From Eledone cirrhosa (lineage: Eukaryota): a stretch of DNA of 64,000 bases. The position numbers and the translations under genes were made by a program. Of the stretch, positions 26,085-37,065 are shown in pieces; position 1 is the first letter of the stretch; every line of letters begins with the position of its first letter. Below the pieces are notes generated by a model. The model was not told the origin of the DNA. It did not search any database and worked only from the letters and a program-made list of their open reading frames with translations. Where the stretch lies: the NCBI GenBank assembly GCA_964016885.1, contig OZ024746.1:39556001-39620000 (forward strand). The letters are read 5' to 3'.

Positions 26085-29000
26085 CTACAGGCTGATATAG
26101 AGAGAAGGCCCATTCACTCGGGCCATTCTCGCCACTTTCACCCACCTTTCATAAAACTTGCTGGGGTACAGCACCTCTCTCTCCATCCTGATTCTTCTTC
26201 CAAAGTGGTATTTGAAAAAAAGAATCAGTTGTTGGCCGGAGAGAAAGGTGTCTGACCTCAGCCCTTTCAACCTTGTCCACCATACAACCTCTTTCGCCAT
26301 AGCTATCACACAAAGGAAAACCGCCTCTCCTTCGTTTTTGAAGGAGGGTGGCGGTTTGATCATGACAATGGATTCGGTGGTCAACTGGATTGGTCCCACC
26401 CGCGACAATAGTCGTTCTACATAGCCCCACAGGTCAGTGACGCCAGGGCAGTGTATGAATGCGTGCGCGACGGTTTCTTCGTCTCGCACGCACCTCGGAC
26501 AGATCTTTTTTGCATGGTCCCTGCCCGGGCGCCCATGTCTGTAGAGCTTGTCTCGAACTGGTAGAGCTCCTCGGTAGCACTGCCAGGCCAGGGACTTTTG
26601 GAAGTTGTCCATCGGTCCCGGGCGGAAGGTCCTACCGAACAGACTGGCCAGTTCATCTTCCTCTACGCCTAGAGTTTCACCGAGCGCGTCGTCGCACTTG
26701 CTGCGGACCAACCCTCTATAGAATGACGAAGTGGAGTCTCCACTGATCGCCGGGTCCGCCTGCCAGAGGGCTGTGAGCGCCTGAGCACATTCGATGTGCC
26801 AGTCGCCCATTTTCCTCGGTCTTTGCTTGACCCAGGACTGCAGCTCGGTCAACGAGATGAGTCGTGGGAAGGCTCGCCTCACGAACGGGGCCCACACCGG
26901 TTGTCCGATGAGGAATACGTAGAGATGCCGCAGCCTGAGCACGTGTTTGCGCATCGTCAACCACGGCATCCCCAGCCCTCCGTTAGAAGGGTGTTGGCAG
27001 CAGATGGATCTTCTCACCAAAGGAGCCCGCCTCTTCCAAAGGAATCGGAAGAGCGCGCGCTCCATTTTGGCGAGCGTTTTGGCTGGACAAGGCACGACGG
27101 TCAAGCGGTAGTAGATGGCGGACGCTATAAAAGTGTTCGCCACCTCCGCTCGACCTTTCAAGGATAGTTTGCACTCGGCCCACTTCTGGGTGAGTGCAAA
27201 CACCTTGGCCGTCACTTCGTTCCAGTTCTTCTCCACCTGGAGGTCCGGACCAAACCAGACCCGAGCAGCTTTACCGGTCCAGAGGGATGCCCTGCAATAG
27301 CTCCAGCTTCCGCAGTAGTGGCTCGAGAGTCAGTACGTACAGAAAGGAGGAGAGAGGGCATCCCTGTCGAATGGATCGCGTAATATGGAACGGCTCCGAG
27401 AGGTAGCTGTTCACCTTGACCCTTGAGCAGATGTTGCTGTTGTGCATTGCAGCAATCCAGCCCCTAAACACGGGTCCGAAGCCTGCCGCCTCGAGCACCA
27501 CATCCAGGTAACGATGGTCAACCCTATCGAAAGCCTTAGACTGATCCAAGTTGATCAGGGCCCCACCGAAGCCGGGTTTACACCCTACCCTCTCTATGAT
27601 GTATCGCATGAGGTGGAGGTTGTCGTGTATGGACCTGGTCGGCATTGCGCATGTCTGCGCTTCTCCCACCAGGTTCTCGACGACAAGCGCCAGCCTCTTT
27701 GCCAACACCTTGGCCAAAATCTGTAACTCTGTGTTTAGCAGAGTTATGGGCCGGAAGTTGCCTATGTCATCCCCCTTATTCTCGTCCTTCCTGATTAGTG
27801 TGACCACGCCCCCGGTTACAGAACTGGGAATTCTCCCGTTCTGTTGCCAGTTGCAGTAGATCGCTTCCAGGAGACCGGAGAATAAGTCCGGCATTGCTAC
27901 GTAAAATTCGTAGGGTAGACCGTCGAGACCTGGAGATTTGCGTCTGCCGCATTGGCTCAGCGCGTCCCCTATCTCAGTGGCTGAAATCGGCTTTTCGCAG
28001 AACTTTGCCTCGCTGTCCGAGAGTCGCGGTAGGCCGTCGAGGTATGGACCGAAATCCATAGCCTCTCCCGGCGCGCCGCTCCCCCCCGAACAGCCGAGCA
28101 AAGTGCCGCTGAAAATCCGCACACATCTGCTTCGGCTCACGTATCACGCGTCCGTTTTGGTCCTTCAAAGACCGAATCGTGGACTTGTTGCCACTTTTTG
28201 CCTCCGTCACTCGGGCCCAGCTAACAGCTTTGGCTCCCTCGTTTCCCAGAGCACGTATTTTGCTTCTGACAACGCAGCCCTCGTGCTTTGCGTCGAAGAA
28301 CTGGTCCAAGGCCGTTCTCGTTGCAAGCACGCTGGCTACGTTGCCACTTCTAATTGCCTCTTCTACTTTATCTACCAGTTCCTTCTCGGTTCTATTTCTA
28401 TCTAACGCTAATTCTTTACTAAAAACTATCGAGTCTAATCTAACTGCCCTCTTGAGAGAGTACCACCATCTGTTGTTGACAATGGCCCCTGTCAAGTGCT
28501 GTTTAACTAAAGTGCTAATCCGTCTACTGTAGGCTTTGCTTGTCGGTAACGACAAGTTCAGCTTCCAGTAGCCGGGTCCTTGTCTATGGGTTCTATCAAG
28601 GTTGGCCATGCAGGTCACTAGTTTGTGATCTGAATAGGCAACCATGAACATTTGTGGACAGCTTAACATGTCCCTATCCTTATTTCTAACTAGAACCCTA
28701 TCTAGGTACGATCTAGATGTTCCGCTACGATTACTCCACGTTCACAGTGGCGCAGTCGGAAAATCTAGTCGATATCTATCGGCCAGGTCAAATCGGTCGA
28801 TTAACTGTTTGAGGCTGTTACACCCCCCTTTATCGGGACATGCTCCCACATAGTCCCAACGTGCATCTAGGATTCCATTCCAGTCCCCCACTAAAAGCAA
28901 GGAGCGGGACGTTCCCAGAAAAGCCTCTAGACGTTTGAAGAAGTCTGGCCGCGGTGTCCCGGATGGGGCATATGCGGCCACCAGCCTGAAGGCTCCACCT

Positions 29001-29305
29001 TCACTACCGTCAACGTCTAGGACCACCAGTCGACCCTCCGGGCCCAGATGTACCGTCTGTGTTACGAGGCCCAGGTGTTTCCGCAGCAAAACGGCAACTC
29101 CGCCCCCACCCCCCGGTTGACAGAGAGATGCGTAGATCTCAAAGTCATCGAAGATGGGGGCCAGCTGTCGCTCGCCGTGGATCCTGGACTCGCAAATGGC
29201 TACCACATCCATACTGTGCGACCTGAGGTCGTTTAAAAGTTTTCCCTGTTTCCAGGGCATCCCCAGGCCGCGTACGTTCACACATCCAACTCTTATATTC
29301 GCCAT
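26085..29305 (-). pseudogene. Copy B ORF2 (APE endonuclease-RT-CCHC), disrupted
   Basis: Trp>TGA at ~28742, frameshift near G-run ~28085, ~216-bp deletion at ~27275 removing YADD relative to copy A. Confidence 0.9.
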
Positions 29306-29338
29306 GTTGGTGCTGAAAAGTTAAAAGAGGAAAAGAGA

Positions 29339-31234
29339 TCACTCACCCTTCGCCTCTTGGGGACCAGGCCGCACGATTTCCATGGGGGTGTTGGAGGGGT
29401 TGTCTGGATGGGTGGTGGTTTCCGGCGGGGTGGGGACGCAGATGTTTGGTGGGGTGGGGTCTGGTGGGATGGGGGTGTCTGGGGTGGGGAGGCATTTGAG
29501 AAGGACGCGGTTGAGTGGTTTCACGCAGGAATTACCCACATCCTTCTCAAATGTTTCTTTTAGGGACCTATAAGTTTGTATAGGGACCCTAATCAGTTTT
29601 AGGTTCAGTTTTTTGCTATTTTTAATAGAGTGGGCGAAAGTTTTCCCTGCGGTGAAAACCGAAGGGTCGTTCGTGATGGTCTCCATTAGTCTTTTGTTTT
29701 CAGTGTTTATGTAAGTGTAAGTGTAATTTTCTTGTGTTGTGTTTGTTTTTGTCTGTAGTTCTTGTGTGTGCTTTCGTTTTGTTGTAGGTATTTTGTTTTC
29801 AGGAGGTGGGGGTTTTGTTTGTGATATTTTTGTTGTTTGTGTTGGTGGTTGTATGTTTGTGGTAGTGTTTGCTGGTTTTTTGCTTTTGTGATGTCTTTTC
29901 TTTCTTTTCGAGCGATGGGGTTCTCCCTCGTCTTCACTGGGTGATGGCGAGATAGCCTCATCTGTTGTATCGTCTGTGTGATTGGGGAGGGGTATGTCTT
30001 GGGGAGCTGTTGTGTCTGTATGTGATTTTGCAGTGGTTTTAGGTGGAGTGGGGTTGGGTGGGACTGTGTTTGTTGTGGTTATTTTTGTGTGTTGGTGTTG
30101 TTGTTGTTGTGGTGGTGTTGGTGGTTGCGTTGTTTTGATGGGTGTCGGCAGAAGAGCCTTTTTTTGGTTCATTAGTTTAGGACAGGAAGCCCTCAGGTGA
30201 CCCCTGCTAAAGCAATGGTAACATGAAGGCCGCCTACCCTCAACCGAAAGGTTTATGTAGGTGAGTCCGTCCAGGAGTACACGCTGTGGGATCATAGCTA
30301 TTCGCTCTGGGCTCATTTGCACCAGAACTTCAATGCTAGTCCCATTGAATACATCTCTGGGGGACTTTCCTACTGACAGTATTCTGTCTTCATCAAAATT
30401 GATGAAGCCGCACAGTATCCACCATATGTTCACCTTTGGTGTGACACTTGTGATTCTGATCTTTTGTGTCCTTTTTCCCATGTATGTAGGGAAAAGGGTG
30501 TACAGGTTGGATACAATTGGCGACACAGAGTAATTTTGGGCCGTCAATTGATCCTTCATGAGTACCGAAATACTCCCAAAAAGTTTGCTTCTTTGAATGA
30601 ATGCAATATCATTCATTGAATTTTTGAAAACCAGTCCAATTTCTTTCTGTGACAATTGGACTGGTTTTCGGGTAGAATTGGAAACTGTCCTAAAAACTAT
30701 CGTTTTGAGAGCAGTTTCCTTGCGAATTTCTACCGGAGAATTGATGCTGAAAGCACCATTTTTTTCGAAAGTGACATATCTCTTAGCGTCCTTTAAAAGT
30801 TGTTCAGCATTTGTTATGTCGAGATATATCAATTCTTCTTTCTTTTGAACTTTCTCTGCAAAGGAGATTTTTGGTTTCTTCGTGGAATCCGTATTGGTGG
30901 TGTTGTCATTATTGTTGTTATTCTTGTTGTTATTCTTGTTGTCACCGATGTTGGTATCATCCGTATTTTCCTTGGTGTTGTTGTTGGCGTTATCTTTATT
31001 TTTTTCTTTGTTGTTGTTATCATTGTTGCTTTTATCATCATTATTGGTTTTGCTGTTATTTTTGTTGTCATTGAACTGTTTGGTGTCATTTGTGTTGTTT
31101 GGATATGAATTCGTTTTTTTATTTTCATTTTGTCTTTCCATCTCTATAGTATCTAGTGAAGAAGACGTTGTTGACTGCGAGCTTTGTAGTCTTACCGCCT
31201 CTCCACCACCATTATCGTTGGACGCAGTGTTCAT
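29339..31234 (-). CDS. Copy B ORF1 (nucleic-acid-binding, gag-like zinc knuckle)
   Basis: CYHCFSRGHLRASC (CX2CX4HX4C), Asn-rich N-terminus, Pro/Thr/Gln-rich tail, KRKKR; first ATG at 31234. Confidence 0.88.
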   Translation of the reverse strand: MNTASNDNGGGEAVRLQSSQSTTSSSLDTIEMERQNENKKTNSYPNNTNDTKQFNDNKNNSKTNNDDKSNNDNNNKEKNKDNANNNTKENTDDTNIGDNKNNNKNNNNNDNTTNTDSTKKPKISFAEKVQKKEELIYLDITNAEQLLKDAKRYVTFEKNGAFSINSPVEIRKETALKTIVFRTVSNSTRKPVQLSQKEIGLVFKNSMNDIAFIQRSKLFGSISVLMKDQLTAQNYSVSPIVSNLYTLFPTYMGKRTQKIRITSVTPKVNIWWILCGFINFDEDRILSVGKSPRDVFNGTSIEVLVQMSPERIAMIPQRVLLDGLTYINLSVEGRRPSCYHCFSRGHLRASCPKLMNQKKALLPTPIKTTQPPTPPQQQQHQHTKITTTNTVPPNPTPPKTTAKSHTDTTAPQDIPLPNHTDDTTDEAISPSPSEDEGEPHRSKRKKRHHKSKKPANTTTNIQPPTQTTKISQTKPPPPENKIPTTKRKHTQELQTKTNTTQENYTYTYINTENKRLMETITNDPSVFTAGKTFAHSIKNSKKLNLKLIRVPIQTYRSLKETFEKDVGNSCVKPLNRVLLKCLPTPDTPIPPDPTPPNICVPTPPETTTHPDNPSNTPMEIVRPGPQEAKGE

Positions 31235-31452
31235 AACGTAATCAAAATTTTTACAATATTTTTCCAAGATTCGATGGAGAAAATGCTTTTAAATGGATAT
31301 TCCGCCCCTGTAGGGGGCGAAAATGAGTTGACCCACCACCTGAAGGTCCAGACGGGTGGTCAAGTTACACAATGATATAAAATTTAACTAAAAACTCACG
31401 TTTTTTTCTGACATAAATTAACGGAAACTTCTCCGCGAAGTGACACACGTCT

Positions 31453-31488
31453 GATAGAGAGATAGATAGATAGATAGATAGATAGATA
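31453..31488. repeat. (GATA)n spacer between copy A 3' end and copy B 5' end
   Basis: Direct reading. Confidence 0.95.
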
Positions 31489-31752
31489 AGTTTCTTTTAT
31501 TTGCCACTAGGGCATCAAAAGTGGGACAAGTACAAAGGGGGGAGTTTACACAAAAAGGCGTCCTCAATAAGGAGGAGGCAATAACAAAATATAAAAATAA
31601 AATAAGATATAACAAAAAATAAAATTTTTAACAAAATCCTCAATAGAGAGGAGGCGCCTTGGGGGGTCGCACACACCCCCGAAAAAAGTGTGCAACCCTT
31701 TTCCTCAGGAGCACAGAGAGGGGGTGCTCCCTCGTTCCTTCCTCTTTTCCAC

Positions 31753-34700
31753 CTACAGGCTTATGTAAAGAGAAGGCCCATTCACACGGGCCATTCTCGC
31801 CACTTTCACCCACCTTTCATAAAAACGACTGGGGTGCAGCACCTCTCTCTCCATCCTGATCCTTCTTCCGAAATGATATCGGAAGAAACGGACCAGTTGT
31901 TGGCCAGAGAGAAAGGCGCCCGACCTCAGTCCTTTCAGACGCGTCCACCATACAACCTCTTTCGCCATGGCTATTACGCACAGAAACACCGCCTCTGCTT
32001 CATCTTTGAAGGGGGGAGGCGGCTTGATCATTACAATAGACTCGGTGGTCAACCGGATCGGTCCCACCCTTGACAGCAGTTGTTCGACATAGCCCCACAG
32101 ATCGGCTACGCCCGAGCAGTGTACCAATGCGTGTGCAACGGTTTCCTCGTCGCACACGCATCTGGGACAGATCTTTTTGGCGGGGTCCCTACCCGGGCGC
32201 CCGTGTCTGTAGAGCCTTTCTCGAACGGGTAAAGCCCCTCGGTAGCACTGCCAGGCCAGGGACTTCTGGAAGTTGTCCATAGGTCCCGGGCTGAATGTCC
32301 TACCGAACAGGCTGGCCAGTTCGTCCTCCTCCATGTCTAGGGCTTCTCCGAGGGCGTCGTCGCACCTGCTGCGTACCAGCCCTCTATAGAATGTTGCGGT
32401 GGAGTCTCCACTGATAACCGGATCCGCCTGCCAGAGGGCGGTGAGCGCCTGGGCACACTCAGTGTGCCAGGCGCCCAGTTTTCTCGGTCTCTGCTTGACC
32501 CAGGATTGTAGTTCGGTGAGTGAGACGAGTCTGGGAAAGGTTCGTCTCACAAACGGGGCCCACACCGGTTGTCTGGTGAGGAATACGTAGAGGTGCCGTA
32601 GCCTTAATGCGTGTTTACGCATCATTAGCCACGGCATCCCCAGCCCTCCTTTCGAAGGGTGTTGACAGCAGATGGATCTCCTCACCATAGGAGCCCGCCC
32701 CTTCCAAAGGAATTGGAAGAGCGCGCGCTCCATCTTGGTGAGGGTTTCCCTTGGGCAGGGCACTACGGTCAGGCGGTAGTAGATGACGGACGCTATATAA
32801 GTGTTCGCCACCTCCGCCCGACCTTTCAGGGATAGTTTGCAACTGGCCCACTTCTGGGTCAGTGCAAACACCCTGTTCGTAACCTCCGCCCAGTTTTTCT
32901 CCACCTGGAGGTCCGGTCCGAACCAGACCCCGAGCAACTTCACCGGGCCCTCCGTCCAGCGTCCGACGACGCCATCGGAGGGCATCGGTCTGCCCCTCCA
33001 CGTGCCGAGTTGCAAACCGATCGACTTGTCCCGGTTCAGCTTAGCCCCTGTGAACTTTTCGTACTCCTCCAGTAAGGTGCCGACCGCCTCGATTTCGGAG
33101 GCCGTCGACACCATTACTGTCACATCATCGGCGTAGGCTGACACCGCTTTCCGCAATCCCGGTTCCAAAGGGATGCCCTGCAACAACTCCAACTTCCGCA
33201 GTAGTGGCTCGAGAGTCAACACATACAGAAGGGAGGAGAGAGGGCACCCTTGTCGGATGGACCGCGCGATTTTGAACGGCTCCGAGAGGTAGCCGTTCAC
33301 CTTGACCCTAGAGCAGATGCGGCTGCTGTGCATAGCAGTGATCCAGCCCCTGAAAACGGGTCCGAAGCCTGCCGCCGCTAGCACCGCATCCAGGTAACCA
33401 TGGTCGACCCTATCGAACGCCTTAGATTGATCCAAGTTGATCAGAGCCCCACCAAAGCCGGGTTCGTTCCCAACCCTCTCTATGATGTATCGCATGAGGT
33501 GGAGGTTGTCATGGATGGACCTGGACGGGATAGCGCATGTCTGCGCATCTCCCACCAGGTTGCCCACGACAAGCGCCAACCTCTTTGCTAGCACCTTGGC
33601 CAAAATCTGTAACTCTGTATTTAGCAGAGTTATGGGCCTGAAGTTACTTATTTCGTCCCCCTTGTTCTCGTCCTTCCTCACTAGCGTGACTACGCCCTTG
33701 GTCACAGTACAGGGAATTCTCCCGTTCTGTTGCCAGTTGCAGTAGACCGCCTCGAGGAGATCGGGGAACAAGTCCGGCATAGCTAGATATAATTCGTAAG
33801 GAAGACCATCGAGACCCGGGGATTTGCGTTTGCCGCATTGGCCCAGCACGTCCTCTATCTCAGCGGCCGAAATCGGCTCCTCGCAAGACTTCGCCTCCCT
33901 GTCCGAGAGGCGCGGCAGGCCGTCGAGGTATGGACCGAAGTCCACGTTTCCAACCGGCTCCCCGCCCCTCCCGAACAGTCGGGCAAAGTGCCTTTGAAAG
34001 GCCTCACACATCTGCTTAGGCTCAAGAATCGCCCGTCCATCCAGGTCTCGCAAAGACCGGATGGTGGATTTAGTTCCACTGTTGGCCTCTGTCACGCGGG
34101 CCCAGCTAACAGCTTTGGCCCCCTCGTTCCCTAGAGCACGTATTTTACTTCGGACAACGCAGCCTTCGTGCTTCGCGTCGAAAAACTGGCTCAAAGCCGT
34201 TCTCGACGCTAGCACTCTGGCCACGTCGCCGCTTCTAATTGCCTCTTCTACTCTATCTATTAGCTCCCTTTCCTTCCTATTCCTATCCGCAGCTAGAACC
34301 TTACTAAATTCAATCGAGACTACTCTAATCTCTCTCTTTAGAGATACCCACCACCTGCTGTTGACGATCGCTCCAGTCAACCGTTCCTTAACTAACGTAC
34401 TAATCCGATTCCTGTAGGCTCTACTTGCCGGCAAGGACAAGTTGAGCTTCCAGTAACCGGGGCCCTGTCTATGCGTTCTATCAAGGTTGACCATGCAGGT
34501 CACCAACTTGTGGTCTGAATAGCCAACCATGAGCATTTCTGGACAACTTAAAAAGTCCCTGTCCTTATTTCTAACTAAAAATCTATCTAGGTACGATCTA
34601 GATGATCCGCTGCGATTTGACCAAGACCAGGTTGGCACCGTCGGAAAATCTAGTCGAAATCTATCGGCCAGGTCAAATCGGCCGAGTAACCCCTTGAGGC

Positions 34701-35190
34701 TGTTGCACCCCTCTCTATCGGGACATGCCCCTGCATAGTCCCAACGTGCATCCAGGATACCATTCCAATCCCCCACTAAAAGCAGGGAACGGGACGTCCC
34801 TAGAAAAGACTCCAGACGCTGGAAAAAGTCGGGCCGCTCTGTCCCAAAAGGGGCATATGCGGCTATCAGCCTAAAGGCTCTACCTTCACCACTGCCAAGG
34901 TCCAGCACCACCAGTCGACCCCCTGGGTCCAAGTGAACTATCTGTGTTGCAAGGCCCATATGTTTTTGCAGCAGAACGACAACCCCACCCCCACCTCCGG
35001 GCTGACAGAGAGATGCGTGCATCTCAAAGTCGTCAAAGGTGGGGGCTAGCTGTCGCATGCTGCTGATCCGGGCCTCGCAGATAACCATCACATTTATAGA
35101 TTGTGACCTGAGGTCATTTAGAAGCATTGCTTGCTTCCAAGACGAGCCCAGGCCACGCGCATTTAGACACCCTACTCTTAGCACAGCCAT
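31753..35190 (-). CDS. Copy A ORF2: APE endonuclease, reverse transcriptase, C-terminal CCHC (1145 aa from ATG)
   Basis: CLNARGL, GDWN, YLDRFLV, SDHK; PGLDG, FRPITLLN, KAFDRV, QGCPLS, YADD; GGLG; CPRC..ETVAHALVHC. Confidence 0.95.
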   Translation of the reverse strand: MAVLRVGCLNARGLGSSWKQAMLLNDLRSQSINVMVICEARISSMRQLAPTFDDFEMHASLCQPGGGGGVVVLLQKHMGLATQIVHLDPGGRLVVLDLGSGEGRAFRLIAAYAPFGTERPDFFQRLESFLGTSRSLLLVGDWNGILDARWDYAGACPDREGCNSLKGLLGRFDLADRFRLDFPTVPTWSWSNRSGSSRSYLDRFLVRNKDRDFLSCPEMLMVGYSDHKLVTCMVNLDRTHRQGPGYWKLNLSLPASRAYRNRISTLVKERLTGAIVNSRWWVSLKREIRVVSIEFSKVLAADRNRKERELIDRVEEAIRSGDVARVLASRTALSQFFDAKHEGCVVRSKIRALGNEGAKAVSWARVTEANSGTKSTIRSLRDLDGRAILEPKQMCEAFQRHFARLFGRGGEPVGNVDFGPYLDGLPRLSDREAKSCEEPISAAEIEDVLGQCGKRKSPGLDGLPYELYLAMPDLFPDLLEAVYCNWQQNGRIPCTVTKGVVTLVRKDENKGDEISNFRPITLLNTELQILAKVLAKRLALVVGNLVGDAQTCAIPSRSIHDNLHLMRYIIERVGNEPGFGGALINLDQSKAFDRVDHGYLDAVLAAAGFGPVFRGWITAMHSSRICSRVKVNGYLSEPFKIARSIRQGCPLSSLLYVLTLEPLLRKLELLQGIPLEPGLRKAVSAYADDVTVMVSTASEIEAVGTLLEEYEKFTGAKLNRDKSIGLQLGTWRGRPMPSDGVVGRWTEGPVKLLGVWFGPDLQVEKNWAEVTNRVFALTQKWASCKLSLKGRAEVANTYIASVIYYRLTVVPCPRETLTKMERALFQFLWKGRAPMVRRSICCQHPSKGGLGMPWLMMRKHALRLRHLYVFLTRQPVWAPFVRRTFPRLVSLTELQSWVKQRPRKLGAWHTECAQALTALWQADPVISGDSTATFYRGLVRSRCDDALGEALDMEEDELASLFGRTFSPGPMDNFQKSLAWQCYRGALPVRERLYRHGRPGRDPAKKICPRCVCDEETVAHALVHCSGVADLWGYVEQLLSRVGPIRLTTESIVMIKPPPPFKDEAEAVFLCVIAMAKEVVWWTRLKGLRSGAFLSGQQLVRFFRYHFGRRIRMEREVLHPSRFYERWVKVARMARVNGPSLYISL

Positions 35191-35214
35191 GTTGGTGGTA
35201 AAGAGAAAAGGCAC

Positions 35215-36857
35215 TTACCTCTCTGCGTCCCGGGAAACGGGCCGCTCAATTTCCATGCTGGTTGGGGATGGGTTGTTGGGTGGGGTTGTGGTTTGTGGAA
35301 GTGAAGGGGCATCGGTGTGTTGTGGGGTTGGGGTGTTTGTCGTTGAGTGGGTGTCTGGGTGAGGTGGGGGGGTGAAATTTTTTAGGAGGACGCGGTTGAT
35401 TGGTTTGGCGCAGGGGGGGCCCACGTCCTCCGTGAAATTTATTTTCAGTGTTTTGTACAAGTGCATTGGGACTTTTATCATTTTCAAATGAGGTAGTCCC
35501 ACAGCAGTTATAAAGTTTGGCCCTTCGGTTTGGACCGAAGGGTTTGCTGAAATTGTTTTCCGTAATTCTTTGTTGTCTGTGTTCATGTATGTGTATTGTA
35601 ATGTCTTTTTTTGTGTAGCAGTTAGTGTTGTGTGACAGGGAGGGGTGGTTTGTGTGTAGTTTGTGTTCTCTTGGGGGGGATTAAAGTTAACATGTGTGTC
35701 TGTGGTGCGTCTCCTCTTCTTTCTTTTTACTTGTTGGAAGGGATCTTTTTCGTCTTGCGACGAAAGAGGTTCGTCTTCCTTGTTGGGTGGGAGGGGTATG
35801 TTTTCTGGTAGTGTTTGCGGTGTGCGTGTTTTTGTATTTGTTTTGGGTGGGGAGGGATTGGGTGGGACAGTATTCTGTGTTATTTTTTCACGTGTTTGTT
35901 GTTGTTGTTGTTGTGGTGGTGGTGGTGGGGTTGTTGGTTTTTGTTGTTGTTGTGGTTGTTTTTGTTGTTGTAGTTGGGGTGGTGTTGGTGTTGGTAGCAG
36001 TGTTTTTTTCTGTGTGAGCTGGGGACAGGCAGCCCTCAGGTGACCTCTATTGCCACAGAGGTAACAGGAGGGACGCCTACCCTCCACAATAATGTTGAGG
36101 TGGGTACGGTCATCCAGCATGACGCGCTCAGGGATTTGGGCGATGCGTTCTGGCCTTATTTGGGTCAGAACTTCGATGCTCGTTCCACTGAACGCGTCGC
36201 CGGATGCCTTCCCTATTGAGATGAGGTTGTCCTCGTCTAAATTGAGGAAACCGGTTAGTAACCACCAGTAGTTTATGTTTGGGGTGATGGTGGTTATCCA
36301 TATCCTCTGGGTTTTTTTACCCATGTAGGTAGGGAAGAAGGTGTAGTGTGTGGACCGAATTGGCGACACAGAGTATTTTTTTGCCGCCAATTCGTCTTTC
36401 ATCAATATGGATAAACTCCCATAGAGTTTATCCTTTTGTATGAAAGTGATGTCTCTCATCGCGTCTTTCAAGACTAACTGAGTTTCCGCTTGAGATGGTT
36501 GCGCTGGTTTCTTTGTTTTATTTAAAATTGTTCGGAATACGACAGTTCGTAATTCCGTCTGTCTTTTTAGCTCCGGAGGTGAATGTATAGAAAACGATCC
36601 GTTTTCGCCAAAAGACACATATTTCTTGGCTTTTTCCAGCATTTCTTTTGCTTTTGAAATATCTTCCAGCACATAAGCGACTGATAATTTAGCCGTTTGT
36701 GCAAAAGATATTTTGTTTTCGTTTTGGATATTAGTATTGTTTTGTTTCTCGTCGTTTGAGTTGTTTTCATCTTTGTTGTTGTTGTTGTCTTTCTCGTTTC
36801 GTGTGTGGATACTTGTGACGTTTGTGTTGTTGTTGTTTTTGTTGTCTTTATTGTTGC

Positions 36858-36888
<31 letters not shown>

Positions 36889-37065
36889 GTTTTCAAATTC
36901 TTGTGTAGTTGTGGTTACATCTAGTGGTCGGTCAACAGGTGAAGACAATTCTTCCTCTCTCTGACCTCTGCCTTTGGCATCTGCTGCTGTGACAGTGGCA
37001 GGGGGAAGCTGTGAGTATGACTTCCCCTTTCCTTCTTTGATTGATGGTGAAGATGATTCAGCCAT
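35215..37065 (-). CDS. Copy A ORF1 (zinc-knuckle protein)
   Basis: CYLCGNRGHLRAAC; core alignable with copy B ORF1; KRKKRRR; ATG at 37065. Confidence 0.9.

Larger units (their letters stand above)
25854..31452 (-). mobile_element. Tx1-like non-LTR retrotransposon copy B, full length, defective ORF2
   Basis: 5'UTR, ORF1 with CCHC knuckle, APE-RT ORF2 fragments, 3'UTR with AATAAA; (TATC)n at both ends. Confidence 0.93.

Noticed and set aside
28742-28744. In-frame TGA as selenocysteine or recoding
   Set aside because: Aligns with a TGG (Trp) in copy A; copy B has other lesions.
29313-29346. 34-nt GT-AG segment as an intron fusing ORF1 to ORF2 in copy B
   Set aside because: Removal puts the ORF2 ATG out of frame, and copy A lacks the AG.
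26049-36964. Plus-strand and alternative-frame ORFs within the Tx1 copies
   Set aside because: Antisense or shifted shadows of GC-rich or low-complexity coding sequence; no motifs.
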